Source: a virus
Taxonomy: Duplodnaviria > Caudoviricetes
Virus record (IMG/VR): IMGVR_UViG_3300032232_000510
Coordinates: 1-60,562 of that record
Reading direction: 5' to 3' (one strand)
Length of the DNA stretch: 60,562 nucleotides
Part shown: piece after piece, positions 1 through 9,615 of the stretch
Layout of the letters: each line of letters starts with the position of its first letter
How positions within the stretch are numbered: position 1 is the first letter of the stretch
Position numbers and translations under genes: made by a program
Notes under the pieces: model-generated
Seen by the model: only the letters and a program-made list of their open reading frames with translations
The model's database searches: none
Told to the model about the DNA's origin: nothing

Positions 1-3000
1 ATAGTCTGGACAAAATCTTTAGCTGATGGGAGTCCTGCCGCAACGGCACGATTAACCAAGTCGCCAGTAAACACAGCGTAGTCGAGGTACTTACCAGTCA
101 CATCCCTGATTACGCCAATGGAGTTACGGACAGGCTGTTGCAAAACTTTAGGCAGAGCAGCAATTGTTTGTTGTACAAAACTTGGCGTAGGTGGAGCATT
201 TACTCCAAATTTAAAATAACTATTGCTAAACCTAGAATCAGATACCAACTGTACGTCAACAGGAAAGCCTTGAGACTCACCGGGGACAACTTGCCTACGG
301 AGTGACTCGTCGTACTGCCTCCGAACTTCCACATCACGAGCTTCAATTTCTCCGGAAACCATCTGATAAAGTTGCTTTTGAAATGTTTCCCTAGTAATAT
401 TTAAAGCGTTAAGCATGGCTTTTAATGCTGCTTTGGCTTCTTTGTCTGTGGTAAAAACACGGTCGAGCGCCGCCCGTTTTGCATCAGTTAAAGGCGCAGG
501 AGCCCCAGAAGGTAGCGGCTGTATGGCGTTATCTCTATCAAGCATCGCTTGCTTTTTGGCTTTAACCGCATCGCGGTATTTAACCATTGCTTCTTTAGCT
601 TCTGGAGGTGTATTAAATAAATCGGCAGAAGCCGCCCATTTAATTGCAACACTGGCGTTAAATACATCCATGTCAGCCGGATTTGCGCCTTTACCAAAAC
701 CTTCAAGTTCTTGAATTGCGTGTTGAATTTCATGCAGTAGCGTAGACATATCATCTACGTACTGACCCGACATTAATATTTGTTTTTTAGTTGGAATAAA
801 TGCAGCATTTCCCGGAGCAAGATCAGCATCGTATTCAATACTGTAGTTTGCAAGTTCAGGATACAACTTAAACAATTTAGGGTGATCCAAAATATTGCCT
901 AGTTTATGTGGCGTATCCATGCGTACGTTTCCACCGGACATTATTTTTTCAAAAGTAAATTTAGCATCTTTGTCAGAAATTTCAGTACGCCATTCTTTAT
1001 CTGCCCCGCGAATAAATCCTGTGTCAAACCAAATATCCGAACGCAATTCACCATTGGCGTCCATTAGTTTTGCAAGAACAAACCGGCTTTTTTGTTTGTC
1101 GGACATTCCAGCTTGTGTAAGCCCTTTAAGTCCCACAAAACCAAACTTTGCTTGTTTTTGCCCCGCTGTTTGTGCAATAGAAAGTTCCAGTTTTGCTGCG
1201 CCAAATGCCAAATTAACAATATCTTGAGCGGTTAAACCTTCAGTTTTAAAACCCAAACGGCGGATAGCGTTTTGAATTGCAGTCAGCAAAGTACGAAACC
1301 ATGCAGCTAGTGCCGCCGATTTTTTACCCGCAGCCGTTGGGTCAATACCTGATTGGACAGCTTCTTCAATAAAGTAAGCTAGCATTTCAGATGGGCGGTC
1401 TGCTGTAGGAGTATTAGCAGCTTCTACACGCGCTTGTGCAGCTTTAGCCAGTTTGGACTCCACCGAACCATTGTCAGTTTTGGCCCAAGTGTTAATTTGG
1501 GAAGTCAAACTGTCGTAAACAGATTTAGACAGTAGGTTTTCTAAACCTAAGTGTGCGCCTACTTCATGCATAAATTTAGCGCGGCCTTGACCTTGCTCTA
1601 TGCGGTTAGCAACTAAATAAGCTTTTCCGTTGGCGGCAACACCATAAGCTCCTTTACCAAACAATGCTTTACCAACAGCTTGAACTGAGGGGTTTGGATT
1701 ATTAAGGAGGTCGTTTACTGAATCAACAATAGTTAATTTACTACCAAGAACGTCGGCGCGTATAAACTCTTTTATGTCTTTTGTCAGTTCGGCTGCGGTG
1801 TATGGATTTTTAGCTACGCTGTCCGTACCAAACTGAAACTTTTCTTCTTTGCCCGTTAGAGTACGTCCGCCAGCCACATTGGTGGCATTTTTCTGCACGT
1901 CGGTGCGAGTTGTAGTTTCCGTCTTGGGCGTGAAGGTAGTACGAGTTAGTTCGTCCTTGCCGGATTTATTCTTGGCTACGTCACCAGTTAAAAACTCACC
2001 AATCAATTCTTGCTTGTCCGGAACAACAAACAACGCAGCACCGTCCATCTGGTTTAGGTTGTTGGCAACCAAGGAACCAAACGTGGCTTTGTCTACGTTG
2101 ATACAACCAAACGAGTAACGCGAATCAGCAGCGCCTTCTTTCTTGAGGGCTTCCAAACGCTGGGCAGCATCTTTTTCATTCGTCCATACGGAATGAAACA
2201 ACGTAACGCTGTACTCACCATCAATGGCTTTGTCCAACACAAACACTTTACCAAAGTCATATTCGCCAGCGGTACGTTTTTCGTTTGCACTGCGGGTAGC
2301 ATCACGTAGTCCCAAGGTAAATAAACCAGCAGGGGTAATACGGTTTTCAACTTTGTCGGTGTTGCCTTTGTAGAAGTCGCCTATGGTGCGGCCCACAAGG
2401 ACTTTCTTTTGTAAGAACAAAGAGCCATTGGGGTTGAAAATAAATAGCCGAGCATTCGGTTTATCCGTAATAACCATGAACTTGTTTTCAGCTATCAGTC
2501 GGTCTTTAATTGCTGGGTATAAAGTTTGGTATGCCTCTTGAGCCGCCGTGGACATATTTGCTTTAGCGGCTGCGGGTATGGTTGCTTTAACTTGCGTAGT
2601 TGTGGAAACAATTTGAGGTGTAACCACAATGACTTCGCTGTTTTGCGTCATCACACTTGGGTTGAATACCATAGCTACTGCCAAGACCCCAGTGTGGATA
2701 GCTTTAATGATGTCGCGGATAACCCCGGATACTGCCTGTGCGCCCTTAGTAGCGTATGCAGTTACATCGTTCTGGAGCTTGGTAAAGAAGTCAGACGTAC
2801 CGCGCTTAGCGTTGTAGTGATCTTCAAGGCGTTGAACTTGTGGTTCTGGCAGCGCAGCAAGCGGCTGTTCAAGGATTGCTTGTTGTTCCGGATTGATTTG
2901 CGTAGCTTCAGGATTGTCGGCAACTACTTCATCTACCGTTTGCTCAACATGTGCTTCTACTGCGGCGGGAGTAATGACTTCTACCGCTTCAGCAGTTCCA

Positions 3001-6000
3001 GTAGCAGCCGGTGTTGCCACTTTTTCGGCAGGGGCAGCTTTAACAGTCGCGCTAAGTATCGTGTTGGCAGCAGCAAGATTAGCAACCCCACGTTGTGCCA
3101 CATCCGCCCAGCGAGTTTTTTCATCAGCAGATAAAGTTTCATAAGCAGGCATTTGTGGGAACGTCTTTGCCAGATCGTTCCATTGCTCTTCTGAGCTTTT
3201 TACTTGCGTTTCGGCTGGAGCAGCTTTGGTTTTACGTGCGGTGGTAGTTTGGCCCCCTTGGGCGTTTCCTTGGCGAACTTCTCCGCCACCTTTGGATTGT
3301 TCTTGAACAGGTACGCTCGTTGCGCTTGGCTTTGAAACGGCATTGGTAGCTCCTACAGTTTCACCACGGGATTGAAGTTCCGCAGCAATTTTTCCGGACA
3401 ATTCCAGATTTTTTATCGACTGGGTATATGTACGCAGGACTTGCAAGTCACTGGTATCTAGTTTGGTTAAGTCGCGCCCAGCATCGTTCCAACGCTTACG
3501 GGCTTCAGCAGCAGTAGCTTGGGCAGCAGCAACTTCAGGTTTAACTTCCGACGGGGGAGCTTTTAGTGCGCTAAGTAGGGCCGCTGTTTTGCCCAACTCA
3601 TCATTAACTTTGAGCCGCAGTTCTTCAACAATTCCACGGGCATCACCCAAACTAATTTTTTCATTTTTAAGAGCAACTGTAGTTTGCCCAGCTTTTTCAG
3701 CAACAGCAATTTTTGCTTCAAGTTCATCAGCAGCTTGAGCTTGCTCGTACACCAGTTGAGTTTTGCCAGCAATGCGTTCTTCAGGGGATACGTACTCCGC
3801 TTCCAACGCATTAATTTCTTTCTGAACTTTTTCAGCGGTATCAAGGTCATCAGATTTTTCAGCCAAACTAAGCTGTTCGCGTAAACCTTCCAACTTGGCA
3901 GCAACTTCTTTGGTTTTTAGCTTTACGCCTTTTTCAGTTCGGTCAAGAACATTGCCTTGCGAACCACCTTGGCTATTAACGATGGCAAGACCAGCACCTT
4001 CCAAGTCTTGGTCAACAACGGCTTGATTTCCAGCTTGAGCAATTTGGTCATTAGCAAGAGAAGCTAAGCGTGTCTGCGTAGACAGTGCGCCCAGTAAAGT
4101 GCGAAGTTGGTCTTCAGTTCCGCCAACAGCAGCCAGTTTTTCTTTGACATTGGCCGGGCTTACGATTTGAACAACGCGGCCTCGACTGATACCGTGTTTA
4201 GTTGCAACTTCTGCATGGGGTAAGTTTTCTACTAACGCATCGTGCAAGATAGCAGTATCACGTTCACCAAAAGCCCGCACTAATAAACTTCGAGCAGCAG
4301 CAGCGTCTTGTTTAACCTGAGCAGCTTTTTCCGGAGCAAGTTCTGTTTGTACTCCAGAATCAGGAACAATCAACCCGTTATTGGAAACAGCAGCACCCAA
4401 AGTCCCACTAGGAACAACTCGAACTTTTTTGCCGTTAACAGTTTTAGTTACCGGCGCGGCTGTAGCGGTAGTTGTGCCGGAGGTTGCGGGCGCTTGTTGT
4501 CCTTGCGTTTCTGTTTGGATGGTTTGAGCGGTTTGAGAGGTTTGATTGCCACTTGGGGTTCCTGTTGCTGTAACTATAGGGGTAACTGATTGGCCGGGGG
4601 GAGTTGTAGAAATTGCAGCTTGAGCATTTGGGGCGTTAACTCCGGGGGCATTTCCACCCACGGTTCCGACGACAGGAGCAATTGATCCTGAAGGAGCCAG
4701 ATTTCCTTGAACGACAGGAGCCCCAGTTCCCACGCTTGCTGGAGTTCCGGCTGTGGGTGTAGTTGATGTGCCACGGGGACTCCTTGCTCGGATGATTGCG
4801 CCAATGGTATCAGTAGCAAACTTAAATTTGTTTTCGTACAGCGCGTTGAGGATTGGTTCCGCTTCTTCAGAAGTAGGGTCAATGCCCTTCTTTACCATAT
4901 AGTCGTAAATGTTACGCGACTTTTTAGTTGGCTTGATGCCTAGCGCGTTAAGGTCTTCGTCTGTCTTGCTATAAATTGACGGTGTAGTTGCGCCCGGTAC
5001 AGGCGTTGTTGCGCCCGGAGTTGCGCCAGCACTCACAGGTGTCGGTGCAGTTAAATCAATGGATGCTCCTGCCGCAGTTGGGGGGTTTGCACCTAGACTT
5101 GCATTGCCAGTTGAATCAACAATAATTGGATCGCTTGCAAGGCGGGTAGAACCATCAGGGAACGTAACGTACTGCCCAGCGTTCGGGTTATACGAAAGCC
5201 CCAAAGGGGGAGGGGGCGCGTTGTTATCTTTCTGAGTTAAATCAAAGCCGCCTTCTTGAGTACGTCTCCACCCACCAGCAGCACCACCAACAGCACCACC
5301 AAGGAATGCGCCGCCAATAGCAGATTCTTTGTAACGTGCCAAAGCTTCAGGAGACAAAAACTGAGCGTTGGGGTCAACCGCCATGCGACCACCTTGGTTA
5401 AGCATTTCTTGACCAGTTTCGCCAATTGATTCTTCTAAAGCAACGCGCCCAGCGTTGTAGCCTGCCCGAGTAAGCCCGCCTGTAAACCCTTTTAAGTTGT
5501 CTAGCGCAGCCATACCGCCACGAGCTACACCACCACGAGCAATAACCCCAGTTTCGCCAAGCGCGTTTAGCGCGGCGTACGGAACTCCATACAGTGCAGC
5601 GGAACCTAAATCCGTTGTGCCAGCTTGCTCACGTTGGTTTTGCAAAATATCTGCAACTGACGATGGGTAGGCCGCAGTAACCGCACCGCCAATTTGCCCA
5701 GCACCGAGTTGTCTGGTAGCAGCGGTTAACGCGCCGGTATCGCCAGCAGCCCTAGCAGCCGTAGCAGCAGCCCGAGTTCCCGACATCAGCCCACGAGCAG
5801 CCAGTCCACCAACCAAAGCTTCGCCAACATACGGTAAAGATTGGATGGCAAGCCCACCTACGTAACTGGGCAAGTCACCTACACCTTTTACTTGGTCAAA
5901 GCTATTAATTGCACCTTGGTTTGCGGCGCGTTCCATTGCGACGTTAGCCGAGAATTCGTTTGCAATCCGGTTTCTTTTAAAGAAGTCAGCGCCAGTAACT

Positions 6001-6218
6001 GCTTCACCCAAACCGTAAAGCCCAGCTTGATACTGGTCAGCCGAAGCCCCAAACCGTTTTGCCGTAGGGCCAGACGATGTTGGGTTGTATCCGTACCGGC
6101 CCGCTACGTCATTTACCGATTGACCTTTAGCTTCGGCAACCGCTTGTAGAAGTTGCTCGTCGTTTTTGTCGTCGGCAAAAGACCCAAGAGCGGAGCGAAG
6201 TTGAGCAATTGACGGCAT
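1..6218 (-). CDS. Giant polyvalent/internal virion (ejection) protein, N-terminal ~2070 aa; runs off the window edge
   Basis: Not in the ORF track. ATG at 6218 (MPSIAQLRSALGSF...) with AAGGAA upstream. Hand-translated segments are open in one frame, and every listed minus ORF in 1-6200 is in a different frame. Motifs: HGISRGRVVQI (~4170), RITPAGLF...FHSVW...SFGCINV (~2340-2095), FMHEVGAH (~1560), LLHEIQHAIQELEGF (~720). Confidence 0.85.
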   Translation of the reverse strand, partial: MPSIAQLRSALGSFADDKNDEQLLQAVAEAKGQSVNDVAGRYGYNPTSSGPTAKRFGASADQYQAGLYGLGEAVTGADFFKRNRIANEFSANVAMERAANQGAINSFDQVKGVGDLPSYVGGLAIQSLPYVGEALVGGLAARGLMSGTRAAATAARAAGDTGALTAATRQLGAGQIGGAVTAAYPSSVADILQNQREQAGTTDLGSAALYGVPYAALNALGETGVIARGGVARGGMAALDNLKGFTGGLTRAGYNAGRVALEESIGETGQEMLNQGGRMAVDPNAQFLSPEALARYKESAIGGAFLGGAVGGAAGGWRRTQEGGFDLTQKDNNAPPPPLGLSYNPNAGQYVTFPDGSTRLASDPIIVDSTGNASLGANPPTAAGASIDLTAPTPVSAGATPGATTPVPGATTPSIYSKTDEDLNALGIKPTKKSRNIYDYMVKKGIDPTSEEAEPILNALYENKFKFATDTIGAIIRARSPRGTSTTPTAGTPASVGTGAPVVQGNLAPSGSIAPVVGTVGGNAPGVNAPNAQAAISTTPPGQSVTPIVTATGTPSGNQTSQTAQTIQTETQGQQAPATSGTTTATAAPVTKTVNGKKVRVVPSGTLGAAVSNNGLIVPDSGVQTELAPEKAAQVKQDAAAARSLLVRAFGERDTAILHDALVENLPHAEVATKHGISRGRVVQIVSPANVKEKLAAVGGTEDQLRTLLGALSTQTRLASLANDQIAQAGNQAVVDQDLEGAGLAIVNSQGGSQGNVLDRTEKGVKLKTKEVAAKLEGLREQLSLAEKSDDLDTAEKVQKEINALEAEYVSPEERIAGKTQLVYEQAQAADELEAKIAVAEKAGQTTVALKNEKISLGDARGIVEELRLKVNDELGKTAALLSALKAPPSEVKPEVAAAQATAAEARKRWNDAGRDLTKLDTSDLQVLRTYTQSIKNLELSGKIAAELQSRGETVGATNAVSKPSATSVPVQEQSKGGGEVRQGNAQGGQTTTARKTKAAPAETQVKSSEEQWNDLAKTFPQMPAYETLSADEKTRWADVAQRGVANLAAANTILSATVKAAPAEKVATPAATGTAEAVEVITPAAVEAHVEQTVDEVVADNPEATQINPEQQAILEQPLAALPEPQVQRLEDHYNAKRGTSDFFTKLQNDVTAYATKGAQAVSGVIRDIIKAIHTGVLAVAMVFNPSVMTQNSEVIVVTPQIVSTTTQVKATIPAAAKANMSTAAQEAYQTLYPAIKDRLIAENKFMVITDKPNARLFIFNPNGSLFLQKKVLVGRTIGDFYKGNTDKVENRITPAGLFTLGLRDATRSANEKRTAGEYDFGKVFVLDKAIDGEYSVTLFHSVWTNEKDAAQRLEALKKEGAADSRYSFGCINVDKATFGSLVANNLNQMDGAALFVVPDKQELIGEFLTGDVAKNKSGKDELTRTTFTPKTETTTRTDVQKNATNVAGGRTLTGKEEKFQFGTDSVAKNPYTAAELTKDIKEFIRADVLGSKLTIVDSVNDLLNNPNPSVQAVGKALFGKGAYGVAANGKAYLVANRIEQGQGRAKFMHEVGAHLGLENLLSKSVYDSLTSQINTWAKTDNGSVESKLAKAAQARVEAANTPTADRPSEMLAYFIEEAVQSGIDPTAAGKKSAALAAWFRTLLTAIQNAIRRLGFKTEGLTAQDIVNLAFGAAKLELSIAQTAGQKQAKFGFVGLKGLTQAGMSDKQKSRFVLAKLMDANGELRSDIWFDTGFIRGADKEWRTEISDKDAKFTFEKIMSGGNVRMDTPHKLGNILDHPKLFKLYPELANYSIEYDADLAPGNAAFIPTKKQILMSGQYVDDMSTLLHEIQHAIQELEGFGKGANPADMDVFNASVAIKWAASADLFNTPPEAKEAMVKYRDAVKAKKQAMLDRDNAIQPLPSGAPAPLTDAKRAALDRVFTTDKEAKAALKAMLNALNITRETFQKQLYQMVSGEIEARDVEVRRQYDESLRRQVVPGESQGFPVDVQLVSDSRFSNSYFKFGVNAPPTPSFVQQTIAALPKVLQQPVRNSIGVIRDVTGKYLDYAVFTGDLVNRAVAAGLPSAKDFVQT

Positions 6219-6248
6219 ATTGGTTCCTTTAACCTACGAACTTATATG

Positions 6249-8219
6249 TTACTTTAGTTTATACCGAACTGCTTGATTATTTTCATCCACCGTTAAAGGT
6301 TGACCGTTAGCAATTTTAGTTTTTAAATACAAAACGTAATTGTCTCTTGCCGTATTTAAACCTTGCCCAGCCATTTCAACAAAATTAGGAACCGATGGTG
6401 GCGGTAGGAAAGGTTGTCCAGTTACAGAACTAACTCCCCCTCGCGACCTGTTTGGGTCGGGCCCTAAATTTGTGGTAACGGGTTGTTGAGTAGTTAAACC
6501 AGCAGTAGCGGCGGGAGCATCCGGTTTTTTCTTTGCTCTGTCATTTACCGCAGCAGCATCGCTTTGCGCATCTAAATCAACTTTATTCTTCTTAATGTAA
6601 ATATTAATAATTTCATCGTGTGCGTATATAGCAGCAGTATCTTCCGTAAACATTTGCTGTTTCCCCTTGGAGTCTGTTCCCGGCATAGGTGTTCCAACTA
6701 GTTGTTCAACGCGCTTTGCTATTTTGGTAGGGTCAAACGCCGACTGCGGAATAAAAGCATCTCCGGTTAACCGCAAACTAAAAGTTTCAGGCTCCCCCGT
6801 TTGTTTGTTTTGACGCAAGCCACTTATAACTTGAATTCGTTCGCCGCTTTTAGGGTCTATCTGAAAACCCATTTGCGAACTAATAATCTTATCTGGGTTT
6901 TTTGCAGCTTGATTTCTTGCAGTTTCGTAATACGCTCTTTGGGCTTTGTCAGTGTCTAGTTTTGAAATTGTTAAAGCTGCGCCTAAAGGATCACCTTTTA
7001 TGCGGCCCTGTACAGTTGCAACAACCTCATCAAGGCTTCTGTAGTTTCCTTCATACCCCGGCAATGGTTTATTGCCATACATAATTTTAAAACCAGTTTT
7101 AGCATCACCAACAATTGTTGGGCTTACTCCATCATTTGCATCCGGATCAAACTTGTCCGCAAGAAATTTGTTAAGCGTGGGTGTTCCGCCAGCAGCAGCA
7201 GCACCAAGTCCTTCTAAGGTTGTTTTAATTTTTGCGGCGGCAGTTTTTTCATCAAGATTTAATTGCCCTAAAGCTAAATTCATTACGTGGGCTGGGTCAG
7301 CGTCATGTGTTTTAGCAAAAGCATACATTTCTTGCGCAGAAGGAGTCTTACCTGCATTTGCAGCATCAGCCATGAATGCAGAAAAAGCTTTGCTTGCGTT
7401 TAAGTTACCTTGTTTTAACTTAATATTCATTTCAGTTTCAGTAAGTCCAAGCGCGGCAGCTTGATTTGTTAAAGCTTGACCAGTTAATTTCCCCGGAAAT
7501 AGCGAAAGTTCATTTTTTTGATTTTTAATACCTAACTCTGCGCTTTCTAAAGTCAACGGATTCATAACTTTGGCTTGGTTTACGGCTAACTGTCTTTCTT
7601 CTAAAGTCAACGGATGCAGTTCCCTTTGACGCTGGGCTTCTTCCATGCGTAAATCATTTTGCGTAATTTCATTGCGCATACGCAAAGCACCGGCAGGGTC
7701 GCGGCCACCAATAACGTCAGCCATAGCACCGTACCGCAAGCTGTTCATCTTTTCCGGAGTCAACGCACTAGGGTCGTATTGTTGGCCTAAGAAAGACGCA
7801 CGAGGGGCTACACCTTGTTGAGCTTGAATTGTTTGATCCATGCCGGGTGCGCCGCGATCTGCGCCCATTCCTCGTTGCGAAAGCCCGTAGTTAAAACCTT
7901 GCACTTGCCCCGCAGCACTGACATTTGGATTAACAACCAAACCGCGCCGAGCCATTTCTGCTTGAGCGCCAGCTTCGTCGTATACAGCCCCACCACGTTC
8001 AGCGCCCATTCCCGGAGCGGCAGTGTATTGCTGCACAACTTGCTGTTGTTGGTCATACAAACCTTGAAGCCTAGCTAAGTCATCTGGGGAGTACGTTTGC
8101 TCTGACTGCGCATCCTGAATGGCTTTAATTCGGCGTTGCTCGTCAGCTTGCTGATAAGCGTTGTACGCACGTTCACCAATACCATAGCCTATAGCCAGAC
8201 CTTTTGCAATATCAGCCAT
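6249..8219 (-). CDS. Putative internal virion/ejection protein
   Basis: 656 aa, Ala/Gln/Gly-rich and helical; lies between the small ejection-like protein and the giant protein, as in podovirus gene order. Confidence 0.55.
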   Translation of the reverse strand: MADIAKGLAIGYGIGERAYNAYQQADEQRRIKAIQDAQSEQTYSPDDLARLQGLYDQQQQVVQQYTAAPGMGAERGGAVYDEAGAQAEMARRGLVVNPNVSAAGQVQGFNYGLSQRGMGADRGAPGMDQTIQAQQGVAPRASFLGQQYDPSALTPEKMNSLRYGAMADVIGGRDPAGALRMRNEITQNDLRMEEAQRQRELHPLTLEERQLAVNQAKVMNPLTLESAELGIKNQKNELSLFPGKLTGQALTNQAAALGLTETEMNIKLKQGNLNASKAFSAFMADAANAGKTPSAQEMYAFAKTHDADPAHVMNLALGQLNLDEKTAAAKIKTTLEGLGAAAAGGTPTLNKFLADKFDPDANDGVSPTIVGDAKTGFKIMYGNKPLPGYEGNYRSLDEVVATVQGRIKGDPLGAALTISKLDTDKAQRAYYETARNQAAKNPDKIISSQMGFQIDPKSGERIQVISGLRQNKQTGEPETFSLRLTGDAFIPQSAFDPTKIAKRVEQLVGTPMPGTDSKGKQQMFTEDTAAIYAHDEIINIYIKKNKVDLDAQSDAAAVNDRAKKKPDAPAATAGLTTQQPVTTNLGPDPNRSRGGVSSVTGQPFLPPPSVPNFVEMAGQGLNTARDNYVLYLKTKIANGQPLTVDENNQAVRYKLK

Positions 8220-8221
8220 GA

Positions 8222-9181
8222 TTAAACCTCCAACATACGAAGGCCCAGACCGTCGTAATTGACTGCCTTAAAGCCGTTAGGCATGGTGTGAACCATGTCG
8301 GGATATTTTTTCTCAACGTCATCAGCCATAACACCAATAAACTGTTTATCAGGAGTTTTAATGTAGTTAAATTTGTAGATGGGAAGTTGAGTACGCTCGT
8401 GAGTACCTACCCGCTCAATATTTTCTTTAAGGCGGCGGTCAGAAAACGGTATTTTTCCAATAAGCGCGGGGGCTACTGCACCAAAAATAGTTGCAAACGG
8501 ATCAGCTTTGCTTTCAGCCGTGTTGTACTGACTAGTCTGGTTATTGAGGATGTTTCCATACGTCCCGCTTGCTTGGTTAAGCCCAGTCATAAACTGATTG
8601 CCGCCAGCCATAGATGTGCCCGCCCCAGCAGTGCCCGCGTTAGTAGCTCCTTGATATGCAGCAGTCGAAGCGCCAGCAAGATTACGTCCAAGGCCCGCAG
8701 CATCAAGCTTACGGGCGTAACCCATTTGTTCAGCTTGGAATCGTGAACCAGTCATAGCATTTGCCCGCGATGCAGCAAGACCTAAAGCATTTTGGTTTTG
8801 CAAGGCCATTGCCGCACCTGAGTTGGGGTTAATACCACGAGCAGCCGCCGCACGGGATGCCATATCACTATTAAGCCCAAAAGCTTTAGCCGAAGCGGCA
8901 GCAGCATCACGCGCTAAATTTTCACGATAGTCAACAGTAGCAAACCTATTTGCGTCGGCAACAAGCCCTTGTTCAAGCGGCCTAAAAGTTTCGGTTTGAT
9001 ACCTGTAGTAATCTTGCCCTTGATCCATTTGCTGTTTTTGAGCAGCAATTTGCTGATTAGCAACGGCAGTAAGAGTCGGTTTTAATTCGGCATATTGCTT
9101 TTCAGCAAAATCTTGTTGCCGTTCCCCAAGTCGAGTCATCGGGCCGTAGTCCGGTGGTGGTGGTGACGATTTACCGCCCAT
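8222..9181 (-). CDS. Putative ejection protein with C-terminal intramolecular chaperone/autocleavage (peptidase S74-like) domain
   Basis: Ala/Gly/Gln-rich body followed by SDRRLKENI...IYKFNY...IGVMADDVEK...GFKAVNY. Confidence 0.7.
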   Translation of the reverse strand: MGGKSSPPPPDYGPMTRLGERQQDFAEKQYAELKPTLTAVANQQIAAQKQQMDQGQDYYRYQTETFRPLEQGLVADANRFATVDYRENLARDAAAASAKAFGLNSDMASRAAAARGINPNSGAAMALQNQNALGLAASRANAMTGSRFQAEQMGYARKLDAAGLGRNLAGASTAAYQGATNAGTAGAGTSMAGGNQFMTGLNQASGTYGNILNNQTSQYNTAESKADPFATIFGAVAPALIGKIPFSDRRLKENIERVGTHERTQLPIYKFNYIKTPDKQFIGVMADDVEKKYPDMVHTMPNGFKAVNYDGLGLRMLEV

Positions 9182-9184
9182 AAT

Positions 9185-9601
9185 TTACTCCTTACGCAAC
9201 CACCGACAATCGGTAGGCCACAAAACAAGAACGTGCATATCAGCGCCGGGAGCGCCATCTTTCATTACAAACTCTTCCACAAAACCAAGGTGTTTATCAA
9301 ACGCCAAGATGTGGGGTTCATTACTGGGAACCATACCTGTTAGTCTTTTTAGTTTACAGTGGTTGAATGCGTAATCACATACCGCTCGGAACAACGGAAT
9401 GATTAGTTTCGTGTGTCGCGTTATAGCTATATGACATGTTGCATTTGCTCCGTTGAAGTTGTTCACCACGACTCCGGCTATGACTTCGCCTTTGTCTACT
9501 ACACCCATTGCGTAAAAGGAACCCCAATCGGCTACTTGGTTAACCTGCGAAGCGACCCATTGGCCTATAAGTTCGCGTTGGTCAAAGACAAGTTCTGCCA
9601 T
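9185..9601 (-). CDS. GNAT-like acetyltransferase (T7 gp13-like position)
   Basis: Likely start MAELVFDQ at 9601; YAFNHCKLKRLTGMVPSNEPHILAFDKHLGFVEE resembles a RimJ-type GNAT. Confidence 0.7.
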   Translation of the reverse strand: MAELVFDQRELIGQWVASQVNQVADWGSFYAMGVVDKGEVIAGVVVNNFNGANATCHIAITRHTKLIIPLFRAVCDYAFNHCKLKRLTGMVPSNEPHILAFDKHLGFVEEFVMKDGAPGADMHVLVLWPTDCRWLRKE

Positions 9602-9615
9602 GTCCGTATTATGAC

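Noticed and set aside
415-6149. Short ORFs listed in the track for 1-6.2 kb
   Set aside because: All overlap the giant minus-strand frame, which carries coherent domains.
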